Shown here piece after piece: positions 49,592 to 61,082 of a stretch of DNA of 64,000 bases; the first letter of the stretch is position 1, and every line of letters begins with the position of its first letter. The translations under genes and the position numbers were made by a program. This stretch comes from Tubiluchus corallicola (lineage: Eukaryota > Animalia > Priapulida): assembly GCA_030141605.1 (NCBI GenBank), contig JAQGDQ010000182.1, forward strand, positions 124,001 to 188,000, written 5' to 3'. The notes under the pieces are model-generated. The model searched no databases. It saw nothing but the letters and a program-made list of their open reading frames with translations, and was not told the DNA's origin.

Positions 49592-52500
49592 ATGACTGTA
49601 ACAACGAACTTAGCATTCGCTGTTGCATCCTGTGCAATTGGCTCGTCGTTTCAAGTTGGTTATAACATTGGTGTGATTAACGCCCCTGGAAACGTGAGTA
49701 TAACTATAGCATGACTAATAAATGAATTTTTACATATAAAACATTAACTCAGAAGATTCAACATAGTGCTGTGGCAGAATGTTTCTTGCACTGGGGTAAT
49801 TTTATCCCTTTTAAGGACTTTCACAAGCGAGAATCCTGTCATCAAACATGACCCTCGTGTCATTACTGCTATTGCCTTCATTCTTTTCAGCGTCGTAGTC
49901 ATCATTATCATCATCGTCGTCGTCATTGTCGTTATGACCGTCATCGTTATCAACATCGTCTTTTCCTTCTTATTTTTCTTCTTTGTAGTATTATTCTGGC
50001 ATTCTTGTTTTTCATTATCATGACGTTCAGCGTTTATAGTCTTATCTGCAAAAATACAAAACTCAACACACCAGAGTTTTCGTGGAGAAATGACGCATAA
50101 AACAGAGAGAGCCACTATAAACTTACTAATGGTTATGATGGAGATAATGGCTCTATGGATCGTGGATATTTGTTGCATAGGTTCGAATGAGTCCTTTTAA
50201 GTATCTTAAAATAGTAACCCTAATGTCAGTGCTTAACCTATAAGTTTTGAGAAATTTTGTAAGTTGCAGTGCTTGCAGATATTAGAAAAGGAAATGATAT
50301 TTGGTAACTAGATTAGGCTAATAATAACCAGTAGTTCTTTTCTTCCAGATAATCAAAGAATGGTACAGAACAGTCTACAGAAGTCGCTATGGAATTTGGC
50401 CAGACAGCAATGAAAGTCGCGCTATCACATTCGAGGAGTTGCAAGATGCGGGGACTGACGCCACATCAGAGATGCTATCTGATGATGCCATTGCTGCTGC
50501 TACATTAAGAAAGCTGCCTGATGAAACAGTTGTCACTACAGTAGAGCAGTTACCCGGCGAACTCGGCAAAATTCAGTTGGATTTTCTTTGGTCGATTACT
50601 GTGTCAATATTTTGCATAGGAGGAATGCTAGGAGCGGTCAGCGCAGCCTTCTGCGCAGACAAATTTGGCAGGTTCGTATGCAGTTTTGTTATTGTAAGTT
50701 TTCAGATGGTAAAAGCAGTTGTTCTAACTTATGCTAAAATCATCACTGAAATGATAAAATAATAGCACCATAGAAGATGGTGTTTTTCTATTCAACGTTG
50801 GTTAGCCAAGGGCAGCTGAGGCTTGTGGTATAAAGGGCTACAGTAAAACGGTGCCCTGAGAAACAGAATACAAGCAATTGATTTGTTATGACGTGTCTGT
50901 CGATGTTTTTCTCGAGATTGTAGCTTGCGGGGAGGTTTTTCTGATAAAGAATTCCATAGATAAGAAGCCCAAAGGATAACTAGAATCATGAGTAGACATT
51001 TTATATCTAGGAATGTCCAAGGTAGGTCAAAGAAAAGCAACAAAAAAGTGAGTACTGTGGGGAACCGCTGACGAGAGGTCCTGAGGGCATATTTCATATG
51101 AGTACTGATAAAAGAAGCTTAATGTTCCAACTGCCATTTGGACAGCTGAAGAGCAAGAACTGCTGGATTGACCACCAAATTTTACAAGCGATCGTAAGTG
51201 GATTAAAGCAACAAGCTACAGCACCAGCCAAGGTGTCATCCTCCATGTAACGTCAAAAGGTTGTTTTGTAATGATATTTGTAAATCACATGAAAATTTGT
51301 AAATTTGATAGCACATGAAGTTCGAGTACAATAACCAGGAATCTCACTTCTTGGAGATGTTCTTAGCCATTTCTCTAAGATGCTTGTTACATGTAAAATC
51401 GGAAACATAAGACGGACTGAAAAGAGAAAACATCCATAATTGTAACTAAGTAGCATAGCATTACCAGAAAATGATACAAGCTTCGACTTCTTCGCGCTAA
51501 AGATGACAAGCCAGTCTCGACCCCAGCTCAAAGCTAATTGAAAATCTTTCAAATATTTAAGACATTTCTAGTTAGTGTCTTCGAGTGGAACGTGGCGGTA
51601 CGTATTATAAAGAGTAACATATTCAACATAAATAACGAGCTTCTAGTAAAGTATAGAGTCTGGCAGGACTTTGTTACGTTGATGAACACCAGAAACAAAG
51701 AGCAATTACAAACTCCAGAAGGACACCAGCATTGATTTCCTATACAGAAGAAGACTGTCCTTCATAAACACCTTAAAAGCTGAGACTGTTGACATAATAC
51801 TACTTATAATAGACGCACTACTACCACCTGTACCATATGACTGAAGTTTGAGGAGTTTGTGCCAGACTTTATTTAAAACTTTGTCCAAAGCTCTATTAAT
51901 ACGCTCAGGGAAGGTGAAGAGCAAAAAGAGCGAGCGCCATACTGTACATCAGCAGAAAGTTATTATTATTGTCCGAGAAGCATAGCAAATGTGCATTAAA
52001 TATGGCTACTGGATGACTATTGATGTTGGCAGCAGGCTAATAAAGCGATGATCTGTCGATCGCATTTCTTACCTGGCCTTTGTATGCAGAAGTAACTGAA
52101 GCCAATTTCCAGAGAGAAACTTTCTTTGCATCCAGAGTTGGGATGTTGCAAGCAACATTCCCAGGCTTGATATAGAGATCACAAATTGAAGAATCGTTTC
52201 GGAGCGGAAATAAAATTCAAAAAAAGGAAGCTAACTGCCATCACCAAAATGGGGAAAGCAGATCATGTTTACCATTTGTCGACTGAAGAGATATAACTTT
52301 GGATCTGTAGAGTAAACTCTATGAATGCAGGTTTACTGCAGTTGAGGATTGCGTTAGAATGTCGAAAAAGGTTTGGTGAACAGATATTGTGGATATTCCA
52401 GCCATATTTTTGCCTCTGAAAATCGTCTCTCGTGAAAACGAAGATTTTCTGATTTCATTTGCTCTATCTTCCTTACACGTTTTGTTGTTGTTGTTGTTAC

Positions 52501-55500
52501 TCGTTTAGATTTAGTTAATTCTGTCAGCTCTATGTTTAAAGTCACAACACAAAAGTAACAGCTACTGTTTACAGCAATTTTATAAAGTACGCTGAAATCA
52601 AAAGTGGCCATCGACCTAGTTATACGCATTTAAATTTCAAAGTCGAAAGACTCGTACAGTGATTTGATTGTCATTTCCCGTAAATTACTTTACCTTTATT
52701 GTTGTACTTATACATACTGGGTATGTTGTTAAATTGTTATATTGTTAACACGCTGAATTGTCTGTGATATAGTTACAAATGTTTTAGGCAAGACACTAAA
52801 TTTAGATCATCATTAAAAAAATTTCACTAGTGAGCACGTATTTTAAGACAACCATTAAAATCTAGTTAATGACCGTAACTCACGCGTGTCTGCCACACAA
52901 TTATTTATTAAGAAAAAGTAACTCAAAATAATTTTATACCTCGTGTATAACTTTTGTAACCAAAAATACATACGAACAGTATGGAAATTCTAACACCAAT
53001 TCTCTCTTTGTAGTACGCATAGTTTCATAACAATATTTGGTAAACTTATCGTTTTCACAGTTAACTTTTATGCCACTCTTTATCTTTTTATAGTGAAACC
53101 TATATGCACTTAGTACGAAATTTGGTACGGAATTACGGTGCGATATTTTATCGTACTAGTACGAAACGATTCGATTTTGCAGGTACGGTACGGAATTAGG
53201 GCACACTATTTTCTTAAAGGTACAAAGTACGGCATTTTTTCGTACCGTACCGTACTGCCCGCCTTGCATACAGCATGAAAAATTCTCCGCTAAAGAACCC
53301 TCATAGAGATAAGTGCATTTGTGCGTGATTTACAACCAAGGATCGAGCGCTCGCCTGTAGAAGTATCCAGTGAAAACCATACTGAGTACTTCCAGAAAAC
53401 TTTCGACGCTAGAAAACAATGACGAGAGGTTGTTTAAGTAGCAGTAAGAACAGGTTTATGTGATAACAGGCTTCCAGTGGGCCAAAATGGCTAAGTATTA
53501 CAATATCACATGGAACCAGAGTTACCATATGATACTGTAATCTGCCAAGTGGGTTAAGGTAATCTCGTAAAGCCTGGTAATTAATTTGGAAAAAACAAGG
53601 TATGAGTCGTGCACAAGCATCGCAATTTTTTCTTGTTGCTCTTAATCACTTATGTAAAATTCTTTTCCAAGCTCTGATCGGAATACAGATCGAAGCCATA
53701 TAAGATTGATCAGAAAGAACCAAAAACTTGTGCTTGTGTATAGTAAGCAATCCACTATTGCAATGGCAAGAAACGGGTATGCAATGATAAGCGCTACTTA
53801 AAGCTATTTCAAACTTGTTGACTCGTTTAATTAGGAATTGTCTAGTGGAAATTACTACATAAGGCAGTATCATAAGTACAAATACCAAGCTCAGAGAATA
53901 TAGTGATATCTCTACATTAGAAATAAGATAAGGCCTATTACAGAACCTTGAAGAACACAAACAATGATTTTCATAGATTACTTCGAACCTGTAACTGTTA
54001 ATAAGTGATGATGTATTAGAGAGTGCAGTGAAAGAGACCTGAGACAGTGTGTTCAAGTTTAAAGAGTAATTTGCGTAATTCATCTAATTGTTTCTATCAA
54101 TGGGTATTATACAAACCCGTGTGCACGTGTTTTGGTGTGTTCATAGACCTTTCAAATCAGAGCATTTAATGCAAATCACTAACGAGAACAATTGGTTGCT
54201 GAATATTTGTGTTACAAGGAGCACTTCTTTGCCTACGATTTTGAACAAAAGGACACTTCATGGCATTCCAATAGGTAAACGTATCTTTGTGATTATGTAT
54301 CGTAATAGTTTAATTGTGTTCAGACTTCTCACAAACACTGCTACTTTGCAGAAAAGGAACTCTACTGCTCAACAACCTACTTGCTGTAGTAGCCTCAGCT
54401 CTCCTTGGATTGGCCGTTTTTGCCAATTCACATGAAATGGTTATCATTGGACGGTTCGTCATTGGCTTGAATAGTGGAATTGGTATGGCTACCGGCCCCA
54501 TGTACTTGACGGAAATTGCTCCGGTATCCATTAGAGGTGCTCTGGGAAGCATGCACCAACTCCTCGTCACTTCTGCTATACTCGTCTCACAAATACTGGG
54601 ACTACCTATGATATTAGGCAATGAGAATGGCTGGCCGCTGCTACTAGGTACGGACTTTAATAACTATAAATTTTGACATTGGACCTTGCGACTTTAAATG
54701 TAAAAAAACGAATTGTAATTCTTGAAGCGGTTGATTACCCAAACACTATTTTTCAAGTAACACTAATTCGACAAAAAGATTTTTGTTTAATGAACTGTGC
54801 TTACTTTCAAATTAAAGCCGTTTGTGAACTGTCCCTAAGTATTGCAACTCACATTAATATAGCCTTTCCCGTTTTATATACATTTTTATGAAACCAATAA
54901 ACAGTTACATTAAAGATTAAAGGGAATAAAATAAAATTCAAAATATGAGACTGTATGAGACTTAAAAGGAATAAGATAAGTCAAGAAGCAAAAGCCTAAT
55001 GCATGCTGCTATTTCTTCTTCTAGGACTTACACTGATACCAGCTATTTACCAGCTGGTCACACTACCCTTTTGTCCAGAAAGTCCGAAGTATCTCCTTAT
55101 TGTCAGACAGCAGACAGCTAAGGCGCAGGCAGCCCTGATAAAACTACGGCAGACATCCGAAGTTTATGATGAACTGGACGAAATGAATCAGGAAAACCAA
55201 AAACTACTAAAAGTTGCGAGGGTATCAATGATTTATGCATCATTTTTATACCTGCTTGCAGGTTCTGTTAAATTCATTATTGAACAAAATGAGTAGTATA
55301 TCTCTTTCGTCTTTGCATCGTTTTTCTTTCATCTTCCAGTCCTAGGAGATTGTCGACATCACAAGTAAACTAACGAATCTATCAGCATAGGTATTTATCT
55401 TTTTGAATAACAATAGTAGTGGTTTACTGAAAAATATCGTAGAAGAAATAACCTACTGCAAAGTTTGAAAACTGTTGATGATTGTTTACCCCCAGGTTTT

Positions 55501-58500
55501 GAAAATTGTTATAAAGATTACGTCCATTTCTTGTTTTAACTAATGGCCAGATGATGATAATGATGATGATGATGTGATGACGACGACGACGATGATCATG
55601 ATGATGACGATGATGATGATGGTGACGTATGTCACTAAACAGACGCTAAAAGACAATATGCAAAATTCATGCATTATACATAATGAATTTTAATGTCACT
55701 AATCACTACTAAAGAGCATACTGCGAACTTTTAAGTTATATGACATATAAACTTATGTTTATATAAACTGCACGCTTGCTTTTCTGTAACCGCTTCTTTT
55801 GGAAAGGTAAATGAACTTATTTACATGTTGTTTCGTTCCTTGAATAATTTAGTTTTCTACAGTACATGGAAGCCTGTTTAAATTTGACAACCTTCTACTG
55901 CTGCATTTTGCCTGGAACTCATGAAGTATGATCTAATGTCAATATGTGTAAGTTTGAATGTTCAAGGAAATTTGCATTGGACAGGTAAGTTACATTTTTC
56001 TATTAATTTCTTGTGTGTTCCAGGTTCGCTTTACAGATTTGTTTGTGAACAGAGCTCTGTGCTTACCACTGATGATCACTGTTGTCTTGAATCTGGCGCA
56101 GCAACTTTCTGGTATAAATGCTGTAAGTATAATCTAATCTAACCTAACGCAGTGAGTAAAAGCACTTAGATGCTAAACATAACTGAATCAAATTCCATAG
56201 ATTAAGCCCATTTTTCTATTTAGAAACAATTCTACACAAATCGCTCCCAAACAAGGCTAGTTTAAAGCAAGGACTGCAGCTAGAAAGCGTAAATATGAAA
56301 GGTAGAACTTTCTTACTTGTGAAATAACATACATGATGCCATTCGTCTTAAAATAGATAAGATTATATATATAACTTGGATACAATTCCATGTTCCATGA
56401 ATAATTCTGAAGGAAAAGGTTGGATTTATGAAGCAGCAATTGACCTGCATTTAGGAATATCCGGGCATGAGAAGCAGCAATAGGAAACTCTTGGCGTTTA
56501 ACAAATCAATGGCGAGAGATCTTTAGTCATCTTCCACATAAATAGGACCAAAACCTGGATTAATTATGCAACATAGCAACAGATTACGAGGTTGACCCCA
56601 TGTCAAACCTAACCAGATTGGCAATATGATTTCGCAATCTGTCAATGGGAACAGGCTATAATGTCTGAAGATAAACATACTATATAGGCGTCTCCCTTTT
56701 CCCCATTACTGCAACATACTTTGCCCATCTAAAATTGGAATAATAGTCTAGGCCGACATAAGTGTTCATGATTATTGGCAGAATGAGATAAAATATAGGT
56801 ATTATTTAGGCATTATAGACATCACAGTTGTAAACCTATCTAGGGATTTGATTCATGTAAATTTAAACTTTATAATTATAAAAAAAGGTCTAGAACATAT
56901 AAGTAAAATTGGCTGATGTGGCTAGCTAATATAGATACGTACAGTTTGTTTAGTTAAAGTCACAGAAACATAAGTGCTAAACGTGTATATTATACGTGCA
57001 TATTACTTTGCATATTATTTTACATTTTATTTAGATTTTCTTCTATTCGACGAGGATTTTTACAGAAAATGCGAAAATGACGCAATTAGATGCAGTTTGT
57101 GCCACAATCGGCGTAGGTGCCATCAATGTCATCATGGCCATCATTTTCTTGATGTTGGTAGAGAAGGTTGGAAGACGCAAGTTGCTTCTCGCTGCTCTTG
57201 GAGGCACGTGGGCAACGACAATTTTACTTACCGTGGCTCTGAATTTTCTGGAAAAGGGGGCTGGCAACTCGAGAGCGTGGACAGTAACCTGCATCCTTGG
57301 AATTTTCTTGTTTATCATGGCCTACGGGATGGGTCTTGGTAAGCAATACCTCATCAATGATTTTAGTGTAAACGTTTTTAGAGTTTAAGCTTAATAACAG
57401 CTATAATATTCAGAATTAACGATGGTCTCTATGTGAGCACACACGATGCAAAATCCGTCTCTGCAATAACTGTTTGACAGATTTCTACTCGAAAAATGCT
57501 GTTTTATACAAGTCGCACACGGTACAAAATCTATTTGCAAATAGCTGTATGACGCATATGTCGTCTTAGACAAAATTTTCCCGCACACGGCAACTTTTGT
57601 ATGCAGCAAACTGTGTCATGAGTAACATTAAAAGCAATTACTAGATGACACGTGAATAAACGATTGGTCTGATTTTATCTGATACAAATTTTGCACCAAG
57701 TCTACATACGAGTGTAGGATGAGTGTACGCCCTGTGAAATGTACTTAATTTTCTATCTTATTCTACTCCCTTTTCTGTGGGCTTGGCACAAAAATTTGTA
57801 TCAGACAGAAATAAATCAGACCAATCAAAAACAATCGTTTAGCCAAGTGTCATTCTATCTAATAATTGCTTGCTGAGGTTACCAATGAAACAGATTGCTT
57901 TGTGGGCGGTGTGGGCGGGCAAATTTTGTCTGAGACGGTTTGCGCCAGAAAGATTAATTTCTGGATCAGGAATGACGGTCAGGAGAAAGCCTGCAAATCT
58001 GCAGACCCACATTTTTTGCCAGTCCATAAGAATGGAAACGGGCTTATTTTGTTAGCCAAATAAGTCTATATGTATTTGTTTAAGTCTGCAGATATTCCTA
58101 TGTACTAGGCATGGAAATTACAGTTTGAAATGGTCCCAGATTTCTCATGCAAGCCTGTTAGTCACAACACAGAGAACACGTTTTTCAGGTTTTAAGATAA
58201 AAAGGCTAGAAAGAACTACAATGTCAATTTAACACTGCGAATGTAAAAATGTTTGCCAACAATTTACTGACTTACCAGACTTGTTTCAAAGTTGCTATTA
58301 AACAGAGTAATTAAAATAATAAATGTATTATGAAACTGAATTTGGAATAAAGTAAAATCTGCAAAAACATGCTATTTAGAGGGCACTTTTCTGCAGACGT
58401 CAGTATTATCAAAGTTTGTCGTGCACTTATGGATGGTCAAGATAAGATTCAATAAAAATACTAAAATATACAAGCAACCTTAAGATCTCCGAAATTCCCT

Positions 58501-61082
58501 CAAGTGAAAAATATGGACTGGTTTCAAAGAATCAGAAATAGTAGGACTACAAATAATTATTTTAATAGCGAGGAAATAATCGAACAGTTACGATGTGTGC
58601 TTGGCAACCAAAATTAAACAACGCCGAAGCTGGTCAGTGACGTGTGACTTGCTGGGGCAGTGCCTGCTCAAGGTGGTGTGTTCACTTCTCCTATTCAATA
58701 GCTTATCTTAAAAGCCTCGTCATCACTGTCTCATCTTGATAATGTACCGGTCCCACCGCAGCCATTCAGTTTAAGTAGGTCCTGCCATTGAATGCTGGAT
58801 CACAATTTGCAATGCCAGAATCGTAGAAATTTTAAGATTTTTAAAACGCTTTAATTGCATTAAAATTAGGGATCAATGTCTAATAAATATCTAATACTAC
58901 TATTGTGCAGGTCCTGTCGCAAGGGCAATATCAGGATATCTAAGACTGTCACGAATCATTTCTAGTCGAATCTGTTAATCCTAACATTACAGAAAAATTT
59001 GACCTTTGATCAAAAGTGCATTGACGTTATCAAATTTGTTGTCATAGTGAGGTAATGAAATGTCACAGATAAGTTAAACTATACATTTTTTTATTCAGTG
59101 TGGCAAGACGAGTAATTTGGTGTCCAGTTTATTAAGATTCATGCATTTTTGAAATTTGACCCTTTGACTCTTTTGACCTACTATAAAAATTACTGACATT
59201 TTGAAGAGGATGGTGCAGCTTAGATTTTTTTCAGTGCCTCTCAGGCGGAAATCTGAAACCGCTTTCAAATCTTTGTTCTAGTGAAAATATTGTTTTTTTT
59301 TTGCTATTCGTGTAATAATTTTCGAAATGTCCCAGGATGTGATACGAGTCTTCCTTTTACGTCAATGTTGGAAATCTTTGAAACTGTTGTCTTGTATTGT
59401 TGTTTTGTGTGTTGTGTAGTAAGTGCTATGGTAGTGACAAGGACAAAATATATAAGACTACTGTGGGGTTGCTATCGAAATTTTTAACAGTATTACCCAG
59501 ATCTTATGATGTAGATAATGTAAGAAAATCTGAGACAAATGTGTCTATTGTTTGAAACTATGTTGAGCTTCTTATTACAGAAACAAAGTCAAACCAACAG
59601 ATGCAAATTTTGCTTTTTGAAACGAATCGTAATGAAATAGGTTCACTAAAAGGTAGTTTTTGTTTTGCTGATGAAAAAGTATAAAGAGCTTTTAAATAAT
59701 TTTCCCTAACGTAGGAGCTTGTGAAAGAAATAATGAATTGGATTAAAATAAAGAGCCTATGCTACAAACACGTTATTAAATATTAGGACAGCCGTGGCAT
59801 TTAGACCAGCTAAGGAAAAACTGCAGATGTACAATATTTTTATTCACCACCCAAATATTTGTTTTATGTACGACACATATTTGATATTGTTTATCCTTTT
59901 CAGGATCAATCCCCTGCTTTATTGCTGGAGAGTTGTTTGGTCAAGGTGCACGTCCAGCAGCGATGTCCATGGGAGTGGTGGCTAACTGGTTAGCAAATTT
60001 TCTTGTTGGGCTGTGCTTTCCGCATTTAAAGGTAAAATTAGATGAAGGTAAAATTAAAGGTAATATAATTAAAGGTATAATTCTGTAATCTACTTCAATT
60101 GGTAGCTATAGAATTAGAAGCTGAAGTAGTTTATTATAACTACTTCCTCAGCCTGTATAGCGTAATTTGTCCATTTTTTCTAAAACGTGCTATCGCTGTA
60201 ATTATTTTGCACCAATGAATATCCAAAACGATATACACATCTGCAGATCTAAAATGTGTTTCCAGATAAACAAGCGATGTGGCATTAAGCTTAGCAGAGG
60301 TCGACAATTTTGACTTTCTAGGCAAATTTTTTTCCAAAAACACGTGTCTTTTTCAGCCTGCATGTCTACGTGCATTTAGCAATTTCCATTTTTGGCATCA
60401 AGTTTCTTGGAAGTAATTTGCGAGGTCCTTCTTCTTTGTGAAAAAACCTTTCACTGTCTTCTTAAAAAGCCTCATATATATGATATAATGATATATATGA
60501 TATATACATATATATATATATAAAACACTTATTAATAAGAACATTAAATTTCATAGATTTTTCACAGAATTCTAAACTAACTACTAGTATTGGCGGGACA
60601 ATGATCCTACTACCAGTTGCTACTGAGCATGAGCAATGATAGTGAGAGATATGTGGTCATGCAGCCCTAAGCACTATATTTTTATTATTATTTGCACAAG
60701 TTTTTTTACAGTCCGGCTCCCCTAGTGCTTCGCGCACATATAAAAAGATAGGTCATACATTTGAAGAAAATTCATTTTTTTCAGAAATTGCTGAGTGGCG
60801 CTCAGGGCACTTCCCATACCTTAGATACGCCACTGTTGTGATTAGTTACTCATCATTCATTTTACAGCATGTGTACTAATCTAATGTTTTTTACAGAATA
60901 CAATGGAACATTACGTCTTCCTGGTTTTCACTGCCCTATTGCCAATTTTCTGGTTGTTCACATTTAAATTTGTACCAGAGACGAAGAACCGACCTATTGA
61001 AGAAATCACAGCTATATTCAAATCAGAAGCGGTAGGCAGCAGTTCAGCAGCAGGTTTCTGTACACGTGACGTCATAACGTGA
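49592..61082 (+). CDS. SLC2A1-like: Facilitated hexose transporter (SLC2A/GLUT sugar porter, class I-like). 8 exons: 49592-49693, 50349-50671, 54352-54647, 55025-55221, 56024-56122, 57035-57338, 59904-60031, 60897-61082
   Basis: 1635 nt = 544 aa + TGA with consistent phases; ATG has an upstream in-frame TGA. Sugar-porter motifs: [85 protein letters not shown]. The exact C-terminus could differ if the possible donor at 61032 is used. Confidence 0.95.
51300..52260 (-). mobile_element. Degenerate non-LTR retrotransposon (CR1/L2/Jockey-group) reverse-transcriptase fragment
   Basis: Minus-strand peptides [20 protein letters not shown] (cf. ALDISKAFDRVWH..LL.KL.SYG), INAGV (51720-51736), DVQYG (~51945) and [20 protein letters not shown] (cf. 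WG..WLV.FN..KT) occur in the correct order with frameshifts and stops. Confidence 0.8.
56300..56900 (-). mobile_element. Decayed CR1/L2-type LINE 3' fragment
   Basis: Minus strand reads [14 protein letters not shown] (cf. the CR1-clade C-terminal FFS.RVV..WN.LP); the rest is heavily degenerate. Confidence 0.45.
57658..57840. mobile_element. Short foldback/MITE-like element with ~40-bp imperfect inverted repeats
   Basis: gattggtctgattttatctgatacaaattttgcaccaag (57662-57700) is the imperfect reverse complement of cttggcacaaaaatttgtatcagacagaaataaatcagaccaatc (57782-57826). Confidence 0.6.

Noticed and set aside
49744-50178. Overlapping 144-aa and 85-aa ORFs in GLUT intron 1
   Set aside because: Low-complexity (ATC/GTC)n-derived frames with no domain signal.
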